Of a stretch of DNA of 64,000 bases, positions 24,879 to 38,985 are shown piece after piece. Position 1 is the stretch's first letter. Each line of letters opens with the position of its first letter. The stretch covers positions 14,882,001 to 14,946,000 of the forward strand of contig CM119371.1 in NCBI GenBank assembly GCA_051294905.1. The letters are read 5' to 3'. Under the pieces are notes generated by a model that saw only the letters and a list, made by a program, of their open reading frames with translations, did no database searches and had not been told where the DNA came from. The DNA is from Botryllus schlosseri (lineage: Eukaryota). The translations under genes were made by a program, and so were the position numbers.

Positions 24879-26504
24879 ATGGTGCCGATTGCTATTAAAG
24901 ATACAGAGAAACGTGCAGTGAAGATGATGGAAGAATTATATCGAATGAAGCAAGATCAAGATCATTGTGATTTCATAGTTCAAGTCGGAAATGATGTCTA
25001 TCACACCCACAAAAATATAATGTCGGCTGGTTCAGATTACTTCAAAGCTATGGTAAAGCATGACACGAAAGAAAGTCGAGAAAATAGAGTTGTACTTCAA
25101 GATGTAGACTCCGAATGTGTCAAAAACTGCATCGATTTTATATATTTCAGTAAATTTGAGATTCCTGATGAGAAAATCAATGAACTTCTTCACGTTGCAA
25201 TCATTATGCAGTTAGAAGATCTGAAGCATGCAATATGCGAAATCTTGGTAGATTCAATATCTGTTGATAATTATTTCTCTACAAGAAATGTTGCTGATGT
25301 TTATGGACTCGATGACATTTCTTCAGTTTGTAGAGAATTTCTACAAGAAAATATTAGAGAGATCGAAAACCAAGCTGGATTCGGTAGCGTTGACAAAAAT
25401 GACTTTATCAGTGTTTTGGAATCGGAGAAATCGATTTTGTGGGAGGACGAAAAACTGCAGGTATTGCTCAAGTGAATTGAGACAGGTCAAAAAAAGAAGG
25501 AAAATTTGCATGAGTGTCTCGAATTGATAGAGTTTGACGGAATCTCACCAACATTTTTGCAGCATCTTCTAGAAACTCATCCCATTATCAGGAATGATGC
25601 CAAGTCATATGAGTTGATCCACAGACATTACCTGGAAGTATCAGTTGAACGGGTCAACAAAAAAGAAATGATAATTCTTTTTGATTTGGACGCAAACTGT
25701 ATGCGATCTTTTAATCCGGTTTCCGAGAAAATAACGAGGTTCCACGATGCAAAGTTCGTGCATTTTAAATTTTTTACAACCATTGTTCTCGAGTCGTATA
25801 TTTACATTTTATGTGAGAATAGATCCGTTCATCGACTCAATTTTCGAAGAAAAAATTCGAAATGGCAAAGGATGGAAGATATGTTATGTCGCCATGGTAC
25901 ATATCCTTCCTCGGTGTCGTTGTGTGGATCAATATTTGTCCTCGGAGGAAGTTACGACCCGGAGCTAAATTTTGTGGAACGGTTTGATCCTTCTTTAAAT
26001 CGATGGTTTCTAATGGAGAACAACCATGCAGCAGATTCTGGTGCAAGTCACGTGTCATTGGATGATTCCGTGTATTGTATTGGAGGTGGTGATGAGGATT
26101 TCCAGGTTTCTGCAGTCTGCAGATTCACTCCATCCTCATCAGAGTGGGTTGACCTTGAACCAATGAGATATCCTGTGCGTCATAGTGGTGCCGTTGCAGT
26201 TGATCGAAAGATATTTGTGACCGGCGGTCATAGTGGGAAGGAGCTCATCAACAATGTAGAATGTTACGATGTCACATCAGCTCAGTGGACTTCATTACCA
26301 TCTATGAATGTTTGTGATGAGGGCCATGCTGTTTATCACATCGGCAATTGGATTTATGCAGTGAATTGGTATCACGATTCTGATGACATTGAGAAGTACG
26401 ATATATTGAACAAGAAATGGTATAGCTTGAAAAAAGAAGAAAATGATTATGGTTATTGGACTTTGACTTTCGGACTCCGAGGATCTGCAATGGTGAAAGT
26501 ATAG
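24879..26504 (+). pseudogene. BTB-BACK-Kelch copy E, full length with one in-frame TGA (25473-25475)
   Basis: ORFs 24867-25475 and 25506-26504 are in the same frame; the stop replaces the conserved Trp of LKW. Confidence 0.9.
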
Positions 26505-26682
26505 ATCAGTGGTTCTTAAACTGGGGGCTCTAGAGAATATGTGATATTCTAGCATTGACTGAAAACCTCTTTGAATAATGTTTAAACATGCATTCTCGAG
26601 ATTCGGGTAAGTTTCTGCTGTGCTGTAACTTCAAAGTGAGCTTACATATATATTTGTTGTTTAAAAATGGTTGGGTAGCAAG

Positions 26683-26868
26683 CAATATTCCCTCTAATTT
26701 TGACGTGTCTGCGCACACTCACCAACTCACTGTGCACACAGATCCTTGAAAAACAGTGCGTAACAACAAAAAAGTTCATCACTTCGGATTTTTTGTGCGC
26801 GACTTAGATTTTCTGTGCACAGAGACCGTGAAAGCACTGCGCACGTGCGCAGCTTAGAGGGAACATTG
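26683..26868. mobile_element. Small hAT-type MITE
   Basis: TIR caatattccctctaa / ttagagggaacattg; TSD gtagcaag/gtagcgag. Confidence 0.85.
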
Positions 26869-28041
26869 GTAGCGAGTTAAAGACAGATGACTGTGTGCCG
26901 GGGCTCAATTGAGTGATAAAATTATGAATTTGTAATGGCAAATTTGAAAGTACCGTTTTAATCGCATGTGGGTCTGAAGTAAACTTGTTTCGAGTTACAC
27001 ATTGTGATTGTCATTACCTTTCCTTTTTTATTACCTGCATCTACTTTTCATTCAGTGTGCACACCTCCTTTTTACATCGCCTAGCACAGGTGGGTGTCTG
27101 ATTTCAAAGATTACTCCAAGTCGTTTCGACAAAATCCTATTTTTTATTGTATAGCAGTATCGTGGTGTATTAAAATCATGAAATTGTTTATAATAATTGA
27201 ATTGGAATATTATTGTCATTTAACACACATTCGGTTCCATTCAAACCATTAGCTGATATTTTTGTAGGTAAGAAATTGACAAATGAAAGGCAAGTTGGGT
27301 ATGAATTTTGTTATTTGGTGTGCTAACCTGCCTAGCCAGTCTTTTCTTTCATCATTGATTTTACTTACCACTTCCTAACACATGCATTTTGCTTTCATTA
27401 GCACGTCAACCATTTATTATTTTGCATCGGCTAGTACAGGTGGGTGTCTGATTTCAAAGAATTCTCAATGTCATTTCGACACCTTTCTATCTACTTGTAT
27501 CGCAGTCTTCTGGTGTATTGACATGTTGAGATTGTTAATAATAAATTGTGTTGAATTGATGTAAGTTGATATTTTTCTACCCTGATAATTTATCACTAAC
27601 AGCTCTTATATGTCAGTACACTGGGATTAGATGTGTAGCAGTTCTAACCAAGCTGCCATGTTCGTCAAATTATCAATCAATGTTAATGCGATTGGTTATC
27701 TACATTTTGTCAATGCTGGTATTCTAGTGATAACAATTATGTCTGTATTTTGACTACTAGTGATTCAATATCGGCTATCTTTACTTTTGCAATATGGTAT
27801 ATCTAATGTAGCCTAGATAGTGCTATTATTCATCCTTGAAGAGTGGTTGGTGATGATGATAGTGCAGGTTGCTATTAAACGTGCAGAGAAACGTGCAGTG
27901 AAGATGATGGAGGAATTATATCGAATGAAGCAAGATCAAGATCATTGTGATTTCATAGTTCAAGTCGGAAATGATGTCTATCACTCTCACAGAAATATAT
28001 TGTCAGCAGGTTTGGATTATTTCAGAGCTATGCTGAAGCAT

Positions 28042-30515
28042 TTCAAAACGTGCCCCCACCATCTCAGGTTATCGTAAAAATTGGCGTGCTTAAAAAACTT
28101 TTACTTCTGCTTTCAGAAAAATAAATTTTATTAAAATTGGATGAGCAGAACTGAAGATATGGCCGTTCAAAAATTGCTGTTTTTGTGATCGCTTAAGCGG
28201 AAAAAATGTCAGAAATTTATACATGTTATTTAAATTTGCTATAATTCGTTCAAATTAGGGTTGTTGAAGGTGACACTTTCACACTTGGTCCTTTATATCC
28301 TACTTGATACTTTTTCGCCTTCTTTGACACTTGGGGTTGCATAGTCTGACCTTTAACCTTGCTATTTTGTTCGTGTCTTTTAAAATCACTCACGCGTGAC
28401 TTCATTTTAAATTGCAAATATCTCTTGGTGACCAGGTGATGTCATCAAGTTTAATGTATCATGGGAAAGCTCTTGACGAGAACTTTCAAAATCAACGATA
28501 ACATTAGTGACTTTTGAATCATAACATAACATAAGAGTGCCATGAAACTAAACTGCAAATAACACGTTTTATTCAAAATCCTCACCCTTTTTAACATGAG
28601 CAAACTCTGTAAAGCCCTACTAATACCTCGGTACGTTTTGCGTGATATATCAGGTGAGCAGCGATGACTCTCCAAGTCAAAGTAATGTAATAAAAAATAA
28701 TAATAAAATAAAACGTGTGAGCACTGGACACCGATTCCATACAGGCTGTAAAGCAACTCATTTCACCTTAATTCTATATACAGTACAGTACTAAGTGTTT
28801 TATAAACAAAGTTGTCAGTATAACTCAAACATATAATTGCTGACATAAATTACGCTGACAATAATTTATGAGATATTTTTGAAAATTTTGCTACACAGGT
28901 TGAGGTGACCTCAGAATACTTCCAAAACACATCAGAATTCACAACTGATACGATAAGATGCAATGTTTTAGTACCCTACACAATACATTCGGGCAACGAT
29001 CAGCACTAAACAATGAAAGGAACAATGACAATCAAAATCATTATCAATGTCCTGCGGGTTTTGTAGTTTTCATATTATGATTAGATAATAACTGATGTGT
29101 ATCGTGATTGGACATTATTATTACTTGATTACAATTACTGAATTGTGTTGTACTGCGTCGAGTAAACGACGATGGTCATTCGTTTTCTGTTGCGCTGCAC
29201 GTCAGGACCTTTTGTTATGTTCGCATGAATAAAGTCTCAAGTTAGTACATTACAATAACTATATGCTCATATCAGATCTATTTATCTTTGGTGATATTTT
29301 TTCCAACCTTGTTTGAGTTCCAGTGCTGATTCCTTTGTCAGTTGGTGCCGTCCCCGATTATTAAATAAACAAGGAATGTCAACTGTGCACAAAATGTGCT
29401 GGAGCGGTGTCCAGCAAGAATCTTAATTCTGAGGCCAGTGAAAAACCTCTGCTGGGCCTTTTGGGTACATGAATTCAACTAAGACTTTGTTGTTTGGCTT
29501 ATCAATTTCTGTGACCTTGCCAATATACCAGTTTTTTTTTATCATAAACGTAGTATACAAATTTGTTTTTGATAATTTCAGTTTGAAGTACGTGTTCTTG
29601 GTTTGAGTCATCATCTAATTCAACTTCCAATACATAGTACATACTGCTGGTCTTGGCTGACATGTTTTGCTCCCAGTTTGGTTGATGACAATGGCCTAAA
29701 ATGATGGAATGCCTGAGTACCTTTGACTGTGGTAGCGGGCTGAAATCTATATTTCAAAAAAGATTTCGTGGCATCCAATTCGTCTTTTAGCAAATTATTA
29801 AATTTTATTTTTCGGAGATTTTTCACGCAATAGGACATCATTCCTTCCACATTCAAAATCTGATGATTCCAAACAGAACCTATTCTACAATTATCCATAC
29901 TTTACATAAGTCTCAATACAATACCGTACAACCTGTTATGAAAGTAAAATTGTAATAATATTTTGAAATCAACAATTTTTCCAACACTAATTTACAACAA
30001 ATTTTTCCAATGTGACAATAAAAAGTCAGTAATTTTTTGTTGATTTTAATAGTACTTTTCAAGAGCTTTCCAATGGTACCTTACACTTGACGATATCACC
30101 TGGTCACCAAGAAATATCTGCAATTGAAAATGAAGTCACGCGTGAGTGATTTTCAAAAACATGAACAAAATCGCGAGGTTAAAGGTCAGACTATGCAACC
30201 CCAGGTGTCAAAGAAGGCGAAAAAGTATGAAGTAGGATATAAATGAACAAGTGCGAGAGTGTTACTCTCAACAATCCCCAAGTTGACCGAAATATAGCAA
30301 ATTTAAATTACATATGTAAATTTCTGACATTTTTTCCGCCTGAGCGATCACAAAAGTAGCAATTTTTTGACTGTCATATCTTCGGTTCAAGATGACCTTT
30401 TTTGATGTAATTTGGTTTTCTGAAATCAGAAAACACAGCTCTGTAAGCATGCCTATTTTCATGACAATCCAAGATGGTGGAAATATGGCCTGGCTCAAGT
30501 GACTTGATATGACCC
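28042..30515 (-). mobile_element. Long-TIR DNA transposon deletion derivative, Sola2-like (tentative)
   Basis: ~460 bp imperfect inverted repeats (~28055-28520 vs ~30020-30482). The intact end reads 5'-GGGTCATATC. Minus-strand coding relics ATTVKGTQAFHHFRP and WYIGKV...VEFMYPKGP...FHWP. Superfamily is from recalled motif and terminus similarity only. Confidence 0.7.
29093..29254 (+). mobile_element. Solo LTR nested in the long-TIR element
   Basis: TG...CA ends, AATAAA at 29228-29233, perfect 5-bp TSD ataac (29088-29092, 29255-29259). Confidence 0.75.
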
Positions 30516-32651
30516 GTATTAGAAGATGTAGATTCCGAGTGTGTGAAAAGTTGCATCAATTTCATATATTGAAGCAAATTTGAGATTCCTGATGGCAAAA
30601 TGCTCGAACTTCTTCACGTCGCAATCATGATGCAGTTAGAAGATGTAAAGGATGCGATATCCGATATTTTGATTGAATCAATTACCACAGAGAATTACTT
30701 CTCTACAAGAAATGTGGGTGATATTTATGGAGTGGTAGGTGTGTCTTCGAATTGCAGAGAATTTCTACAAGAAAGTATCATGGAAATCGCAAACCAAGCT
30801 GGATTCGGGAGCGTGGAAAAAGATGAACTTCTCGGTCTTTCGAAGTCGGGAAAATCCAAATTATGGAAAGAAGAAAAACTTATCTTATTACTCAAGTGGG
30901 TCGACAAATGCCAGAGTAAAGAGGAATATTTGCACGAAGGTCTCAAATTGATCCACTTTGATAAAATCTCTTCGGCGTATTTACAACATGTTTTACAAAC
31001 TCAACCCCTCATAAGCAAAGACTATGAAATGTACAAGTTGATTGCTGGATATATTTCGAATGCTTCTAACAAGGCAAAAAAAGAAAATGCTGCTGCTGAA
31101 TCGATTATTCTTTTTGATCGGGAAGGAGAACGCCTCCGATGCTTCAATCCAGTAACCAGGCAAATAGAAATGTTCCATGAAGCGAAGTTTCAGTTTTCGT
31201 TGAATTTCACTGCAATTACCTTCGACTCGTATATTTACGTTCTGTGCGAGACTAAATCTGTTTTTCGACTCAACTTTCATTGCAAAAATTCGAAATGGGG
31301 AAAGACCGACAGTATGATTTGTTATCATGGTATGTTTCCTCACTCTGTTTGTTCTTCTGGATACATATTCGTCATCGGTGGCAGTTATCTTACGACAACC
31401 AGGGACGTGGAAAGATTCGACGCATCTGTAAATCAATGGTTTCAACTGGAGAACAAACCTACAGTGATTTCTGATGCAGGTCTCGTATCATTGAACGATT
31501 ACATCTATTGTATCGGAGGTAAAGGGGAGGATGGCGATTTTGTTTCTTCATTCTGCAGATTCAGTCCATCGTCATCAGTGTGGGTTGACCTCGAGCCAAT
31601 GAGATGATATCCGCTTGATGACTGTGGTGTTGATTCGTTGTCGTGGTTGGACTACTACATATCTAATTGGCAACTGGATTTATGCAGTAGATGAGTGTGG
31701 CCTTTCAGGTAATATTGAGAAGTATGATTTATCGAAGAAGGAATGGTATGCCACTCGTTTGAACGCAGGTCCGTCATTTTGTGTATGCGGAACTGTAATG
31801 GTTAAGGTATAGTCACCGAGCTGGTAAAAGCTGTCCGCGTTACTGGTCCATTAGAGATCACGCCACAAATTTACACTCTGTCAATTTTCGACATATCAGC
31901 ACTACGATCATTCAAATTAACTTTAAAAGGTAGATCAAGTCGAGATGGGTTGTCATTTTAAATGTATCTTCGACTGCTTAAAATGACTGATGACACTAAA
32001 AATTGATGAAGATTTAGCTACGATAACACGGGCTACTTCTAGGCCTAAGATAATCACACTCACAGAAGCGCTGCAAACTCACACAAAACTAGCTGAAATA
32101 TTTCATGATGTACAAGCGAAGTAGTTTTACCCCAGAAATAGTAAAGTAAAAGTAGTCTTATTGCTTAAATGAGTAGTGCCATTTGAGAGAACATACTTGA
32201 GTACTTCAAAAACATTAAGTACTTCGTTTTGACGACTTTCAGCATCTACCATATCACTTTTGTATGGGGTTTAGTAGATTGTTAAGAATGATCTAGAAAT
32301 TGCTTTCAGAGTGTGATGGAAACATTGCTGTTTGAAATATTTTTTATGACGTTTCTTAGCACAGTCTTTACCTAGCACCTCCTTTCCAGTAATATTAATG
32401 AATTCTCGATAAATTGGAACTCTGTGATCATGTTTTCTGTTGAACTCCTGACGATGTGTCCATGAACAGGGCTTTTACAATGAAATTGTTACATGTACAC
32501 ATGCCAGGTTAGAGTTGGCAAGGCTTGAAGCTGACAGAAGAGTTTGCCTTGCTAGTAATAGTGGTGCTCAACATTTTAGCTTGTAGACTGATAAAATTAC
32601 AAAACAACTTTTAACCATCAAAATCGAATGAGAAAGACAGAAGCACGCAGG

Positions 32652-32756
32652 CATACTTGGACAACTAGATTATTGTAGTCTAATTGCACTAAATTAGAGC
32701 GAAATCCCAGTAATCTAATTAGAAAAAGCTGAAAATTTTCTAATTGTCCAAGTCTG
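32652..32756. mobile_element. 105-bp MITE; related copy at ~50042-50153
   Basis: TIR catacttggacaa / ttgtccaagtctg; degenerate TSD cacgcagg/aacgaagg. Confidence 0.7.
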
Positions 32757-32886
32757 AACGAAGGAGTGTATTTTGTCGAATGGATCCGGATTGTGATTTC
32801 GCATGGAAAGTAGGAGACTAGCAGGATTTTCCACTGAAGTATGAGACATTAGTATGATATCAGCCGGCATTTTTTAGACTCTAAAC

Positions 32887-34045
32887 CAGGGATGGGCAAA
32901 CTTTTGAGGTGGCGGGCCGCATTCAGCATTTGAATTCATTCGCGGGCCTCACTATATAAAATTGGGATTATAAACCAAAACGCTATATTGGTATCTGATG
33001 ATATAGTGAGGACATGGAGATAATATATATGCTTATTTAAACATTGCTTTGGTGATATCGTACACGCGTCAGAAACAGTGGCGAGATTTTAATAGGCTGG
33101 TCGACCTGAATAACCAATTTGTCAAAACTATAGAGATGAAAGTCGGTTGTCCCGATTCTTAGAACAGGATTGAAATCTAAATCTGTGACCAGCGATCCGT
33201 TCGTAGATTTAGGAATTCAACTTTTGGTTCAGTTCCAGAACACACAATGCTGGCAGCATCATAACCATGTTAGCTTCAAACACGCTTCTACTACGTTTAG
33301 ATAACGTATGAATAGCGTAATTCTACGCATACAGAGAATGAATCTACCAAGTCACGCGCGAATCGTTTTTTATAATCACACTCGTGATCCGAATTATGTC
33401 AATCTCGTTTATGATGTCTGTGATGTTTAGCAGTTGAAACTTGTCAGATTGCGCGGGCCTTGAGATCGGGCTGTCGCGTCAGAAATATAATTTAAAAAAT
33501 GACATAGGAGGTATTTACGTTGGAACAATGGTTCTCAAACTTTTTAAGACAAAATTAACCCCCTTATGATGGTAAAGAATGTCGCGCCCTCGCCCCCCCC
33601 CCCCCTTTCCCCCGCTTATCGTCATATGGAAAAACGAAATCAGGATGCTAGCAAATATAACGGATATTTTCATGACATGGAAGGTTTTGACTGTGGATGA
33701 GAAATTTTTAAATGTAAAATTCAGACTAAATACAGAGCAATAATCATGAATGGGACGTAAATCGCATGAAGCGCGTAAAATTTTATCAGTCGAGCACAGC
33801 GTCCCGCCTCCCTTCAGATGCTTTCAGGCCTCCAAGGGGGTGCACCCCCAGTTTGAGAACCACTGTCGTAGAATTATCACTGAGAAATGTGCTAAGAAAA
33901 AGTTTAAATCAAGTCCCTGCAATAATTCGATTTCTAGTACGCATTTTATCAATATTTTTATCAGGTTTCTTCAGACTCTTGCGGGCCGCACAGAAAGGTG
34001 TGAAGGGCCGCATGCGGCCCGCGGGCCGTAGTTTGCCCACCCCTG
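32887..34045. mobile_element. hAT Charlie/Buster-like MITE with nested MITE 33526-33865
   Basis: TIR cagggatgggcaaac / gtttgcccacccctg; perfect TSD ctctaaac. Inner TIR caatggttctcaaact / agtttgagaaccactg. Confidence 0.9.
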
Positions 34046-34195
34046 CTCTAAACCCTTCAGCCAAAATGTTTCGAATACTGAATTTAAAATGGCAAGCCGG
34101 AGCCGGGTGGATTCAGAAATTTTCGAGTGAGACCATCTCTGCTCTACACGATGTCTCAACCGTTATTAACGGTTTTATCAGTTAAGCGTCTATAC

Positions 34196-35796
34196 CAGTG
34201 GTTTCCAAACTTTTTCGGTGTCAGGGCCAAATTTAGAATTTCATACCAAGTTCGGGGCCGCACGAATACCAGGGCAATTAAACGGACCCAAAATGTCATC
34301 AAAATATGTAAATTGGCATTGTTCCGATCAATCACTTGACGCCGTTGGCCATTGTTATGGTCATTGTGTTGCTGCGCTCCCATTGTTCAGACCAGTCGAC
34401 CTTTGAAGGCTATTTCGGAGTAGTTTTATTGCCCTGGCGAGATTTCAATAAGCATTTTTGGAATCAGTGCGAAACTAGCTTTCGATAAAGACCGGACCTA
34501 TCAAATTATGCGGACGCTTCGGTCGTGAGCTATAGGACTACCAATTATGCTGCTTTAGGGGCGATTTAGTGAGTCTGGATTCATCGCCTAGACGCGCGAA
34601 GCGCGAAAATTTTCTGTAATTCATGATTGAATCGGTCAATATGATCGGGAATTGCATATATACTGCCATCAATTTTTATCCTCTCTCTGCTCACGTAATC
34701 AGTTTTACAGGTAGAGCCGAGGGAAGTGTGTTTGAAAAGGTAGGGCCCCTCAATAATAATTAAACATCTTCGGGCGTATATACCCGTTGGAAGGAACGAA
34801 AAAGCACTTCGTCAGCCACCCGCACTTCTTCATCCCCCCCCCCAAAAAAAAATAGTAAACTTGTGTCTTGGGCTCCCATAGGGGGGTAAACCTATCCCTA
34901 TCACCTTGTTCGCTATTGCCACGAAACTATAGTTGTACTGTTAAGTGATCCAGCGCGAAGCGCGAACATTTCGATAATTCATGATAAAATCGGTCAATAT
35001 GATCGGGAATTGCATATATATTGCCATCAATTTCTCGTCCTCGCTGCTCACGTAATCAGATTTACCGGTAGAGCTGAGTGAGGTGTCTTGGAAACTGTAG
35101 GGCCCATTAGTATGATTCCGTAACATGTTATTTCGTGACCTCCCGTCTGCTATATCAAAATAATATAGAATCGTCCAAACGTAGGCTTCTAAACTAAGAG
35201 ACGCACACAATTTCAAATTGATATTTCTTCACCGGAATATATTTTTCCTGTGGCATGGGATTTGTCTCGTGAGGTTAAGATTGCCAAGACAGTATTTTGT
35301 ATATATAACGACGTTTTCGGTCAGTATAAGGGCAGTCCTGTTCGGCCAAGGTTTTCTCGCTTGGTGCGTCGTGGCGCGGTGAAGGCTAACGCCGATATGC
35401 CCAATGCCCATTTATATAAATCTTGCGCATTTTTCTTGGGGATGAGTAGCCTACCCAAAAATACAGATATTTGGCAGTATGAAATCACGCTGTCGAGCCC
35501 CGTTCGAGCTCGCCCCCCCCCCTTCATTGGGGGTTTGGCGTGTGGCAGCTGCAGTCCTGTCTTTACCTATATATATCTATAGCTACTGCTTGTTCAACTG
35601 GACATAACGATAGCAGTCTACTCACGACTTTCCTGCAATCTTAATTAAAAACTCCAGACTCCAAGCCAAGTTACTGTATTTTATAAATATAAATTTAATT
35701 TTTTGTCATAACTTGATTTCTTAATATTTTTGGGGGCCGCAAGAAGGCTAGCTAAGGGCCGCATGCGGCCCTCAGGGCCGCACTTGGGAATCACTG
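34196..35796. mobile_element. hAT Charlie/Buster-like MITE carrying an inverted member (~34590-35559) of the 51058-52411 family
   Basis: TIR cagtggtttccaa / ttgggaatcactg; perfect TSD gtctatac. Inner sequence is the reverse complement of ~51060-52230. Confidence 0.88.
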
Positions 35797-35867
35797 GTCT
35801 ATACTATATTTGTTATTACATTTGCTTTCACTGTGTTGCTGTAATCATAGCCATGCCGCAATCATTA

Positions 35868-38160
35868 GGCCCATTTACATGACGGTTTAAGTCAGCTTCG
35901 AAGCTGACTCGTCGATCCGACTATCTCGTATTTGATGAAGAGAGAAAGGCAAACTGCTTCAAGTCGACTCGAGCCTCAAGCCGTCGTGTAATGTGGTTTA
36001 CGATCGGCTTGAGTATTCGGCCATCGGCGTCCGACGATTTTCGTTCGACGGCGCTGGTTTTTGCCGCGCGGGCTCTTGGCATCGTAATTCATGTTTTTCA
36101 TGTGTTGTTGAGAAATTGGGCAAACATGGCAAGGAAAGGTGGGGTTACTTTGTAAGTGCTCGCTTGTTTACGATGGAATGCATGTAATAGGGGAGATGTG
36201 GTACCGATGGATCACTGGGACCGAAAATACTTTGAAAATTCTATATGATAATTCCATGATTACACTCCGTGAACTTGTCCACAATTGCTTGCTGGCAAAA
36301 TCTTTCCTCACATACAAAAAAATTCGACGTGCGCGAGCTATGGGGTCTCTCACAGATGTTTTTTGTTTTAGGGGTGTTAAGTAAATTTATATCGACATAT
36401 GCATTTTTCTTTGTAACCTTCAACACGAACAAACCAGCAATCATTTTTATTGTGAAGTGCAGGGCTTGTATCAGGCTATATAATGGCACCTATTATTTTT
36501 TTCAGTACTTTCCTTGAGTGGAATTTTTTTCGATTCATGTGTAAAATTCGTAGGGTGGGGACCGGTGATACAATAGCCAAATCAAGCAAAATAATCAAGC
36601 ATACTAATCATAAAACAAATGAAACATGCCTACGTACAGAAAATCTTTATGTAATAATTGCATATGATGTTTTATCGCTATAACGAGGTGTTTGGAAGTC
36701 ACATTGTCGATTTTCGGGCAATATGTATGTACCCTCAAATTTATAAGTCCGAGCCTAAATCGAAACGTGATTTTATGACAACATTTGAGTTAATATTTAT
36801 TCTATTTCTTGACGGTTGCGATCAAACATTCTTCTTTGGCTTACTGCAGCTTAGATTATAATGCTGAACAAGAAAAGTTGTCATATCTGAGGTATTTAGG
36901 GTATATGTGTCTTAGGTCCCCGGGTCGTGTGCCATTGGACCCACCGGGTGGGGACCGATGACACGTTCGAGCAACAAATTTTGAACGTCCAAAAATATTT
37001 TTTGAAAAAGACGGATTTCATGTATATGTGCGCGATAGCTAGAGCTTGTATCAAAGTGCTGAGCCAGGAAAAGACCTGCTGTTTTCGGCTGAACATCTTG
37101 GGGCCAGCGATCATTTTCCAATTTATGATCCATCGGTACCACATCTCCCCTACACCAGTACCGGTATAGCAACTGTGCTCTGTATTTCTACTTCTCAGAC
37201 TACAGATCGAAAGATATGTGGATTGTACCGGTATATACAATTCGACTACGACATGCATATGCATAGTAAACCGATTGAAGAAACGGCTGTGCAGTGTGCT
37301 ACATCGACACGGGAATACATGAATGATTGCTGCATTTCGTACATACTGTTCCACTGGCTAAACTGATGTGAGCGCGCGTGTGATGGGGGAGCTGGTGTCT
37401 CTCCCGTGAGGATGATATGGAGATTTGTGACTCTCCTGGTGATGATGAAGCGCAGCGGTGTTGGGATTATTGCTTTGTTTTTAGTTCTGGGTTATAGTGA
37501 TCTGCTGACAGTTTTTATAGACATTCTTGGTATTGTTTACTTCCTATTTGGTATCTCATGCCGACAAGATGCTTCAATTAAGTCTTTGCAGTAGTTGCTG
37601 TATCGTGATTCTTGATCGAGTCATCCGCATACATGGGGTAGTCTGTTACAGAGGAGCGGCCGAACATCTAGCTAGAGGCCGCATATGGGTTTTGCAAGTG
37701 GGTCACTTGAGTGGCGATGACCTTATATTAATCGCATCGACAAGTGATGCCTGAAATATCAATACAGTCGTTTCTCCCGCCTACTCCACGGCCCATCTTC
37801 GTTGACGCCGAAAAAGCTAGCTGATTACTTATAGGCTACTTATTGTTTTCCTTTACAATCATGACATGAACAAGAGTATTTTCCTCTACAAATATCGATA
37901 TTAAGAGTATCTCATCATCCTCGTTAATTTCGAGAATAAGAAACGTTTCAGAGTACGACCAAACACACATTGTCGTTGTACCTTAGCCCACCAGACACTA
38001 CGAAAATATTTGTAAGGGTTAAAGCGACACCCGGTCGTCCACGATACCGCTTCCTGAAGGATCATGTAAACGGGCCCTTTTACGAGTCAGCTCGGAGATG
38101 AGGCGTGACGTCACCGGAGACGACTTGAACGCCAAGTCGAGTCGAACATGTAACCAGGCC
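35868..38160. mobile_element. Possible PIF/Harbinger-like non-autonomous element
   Basis: Left end tta|ggcccatttacatg; right-end candidates catgtaaacgggcc (~38063-38076) and catgtaaccaggcc (to 38160). TSD imperfect. Confidence 0.5.
36190..37150. mobile_element. Tc1/mariner-pogo-type MITE
   Basis: Perfect 25-bp TIR ggggagatgtggtaccgatggatca flanked by TA on both sides. Confidence 0.9.
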
Positions 38161-38985
38161 TATTGATTTACTCGCTGGTTGACTAATAAATGAATTCTCT
38201 CTTTATCTCTATCTCCCTCTCTCACGCGCCCGACAATAAACAATAACATTGAGTAGGAGAACACGCTGCTAGCTGATGGTATCGAGTTGTAATGTTTATT
38301 CGACAGCCAATCGATGTTTATGGTGGCTTGTAGTAGTTTTTTTCTTGTATATATATTGGTCTTGCAGTAAAAGAAGCGATGAACGTACGGGCCGCGTGTC
38401 ACAATGTAGAACACTCTTTAGTGTGATATAGAGTCAACAGAGCTCACGGTCTACTTTCGTTTTATCCTATTTTAAGATGTTGCAAGTGTTATATACTAAA
38501 CTGTCTGAAAGCAAGCCTACAACTTGTTAACGACGTTTAGGACCAATAATATATGAAAACTAGACATATTTTTAGGCAAAATTTGACGAAATGTTTCGCT
38601 TTCATCACTATTTGAGAGTGAAGTAGATTATTTCAAAGTCAAATTTATTTAAGAAGAAATCCAGTTGTCCAAATCAAGTTGGTGGTGAATTAAATAGAAC
38701 TTGGCCTTGCAGAAACTTTAATAGAACAATGTGTAACAGGAAACTTCAGGGTTGACTTTGCAGGAGAACCACTAGTAGGCTTACCGCCTACGCATTGTTA
38801 GAAATTATTAGACTGCTTGTATTTTTACTTAGTTTTACATTGTATCAGTGATAGGCTATTTGAATATTTAAATGTTGTTGAATCAGTCTAATATTGAATA
38901 TGAACCCAGTCCGATGTGGTGTAGGCTGACATGTGAAAATTATTCATGGTTAATGTTCAATCTTTAGGCCTTCTACTCTAATAAT

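Larger units (their letters stand above)
27853..31812 (+). pseudogene. BTB-BACK-Kelch copy F, split by a DNA transposon (parts 27853-28041 and 30516-31812)
   Basis: YFRAMLKH before the insertion and VLEDVDSECV after it. TGA at ~30570 and at 31605-31607; most of one kelch blade is deleted at ~31635. Confidence 0.9.

Noticed and set aside
25473..25475. TGA recoded as Trp or selenocysteine
   Set aside because: TGA is the normal terminator of copies A and G, other Trp codons are TGG, the aligned residue is not Cys, and no readthrough context is evident.
26507..26528. cagtggttcttaaactgggg as a Charlie TIR after copy E
   Set aside because: It aligns with the paralogous 3' flank of H (atcactgattcttcaactg), and no partner TIR was found.
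38329..38520. Possible solo LTR (tgtag...ctaca)
   Set aside because: No matching TSD and no clear polyadenylation signal.
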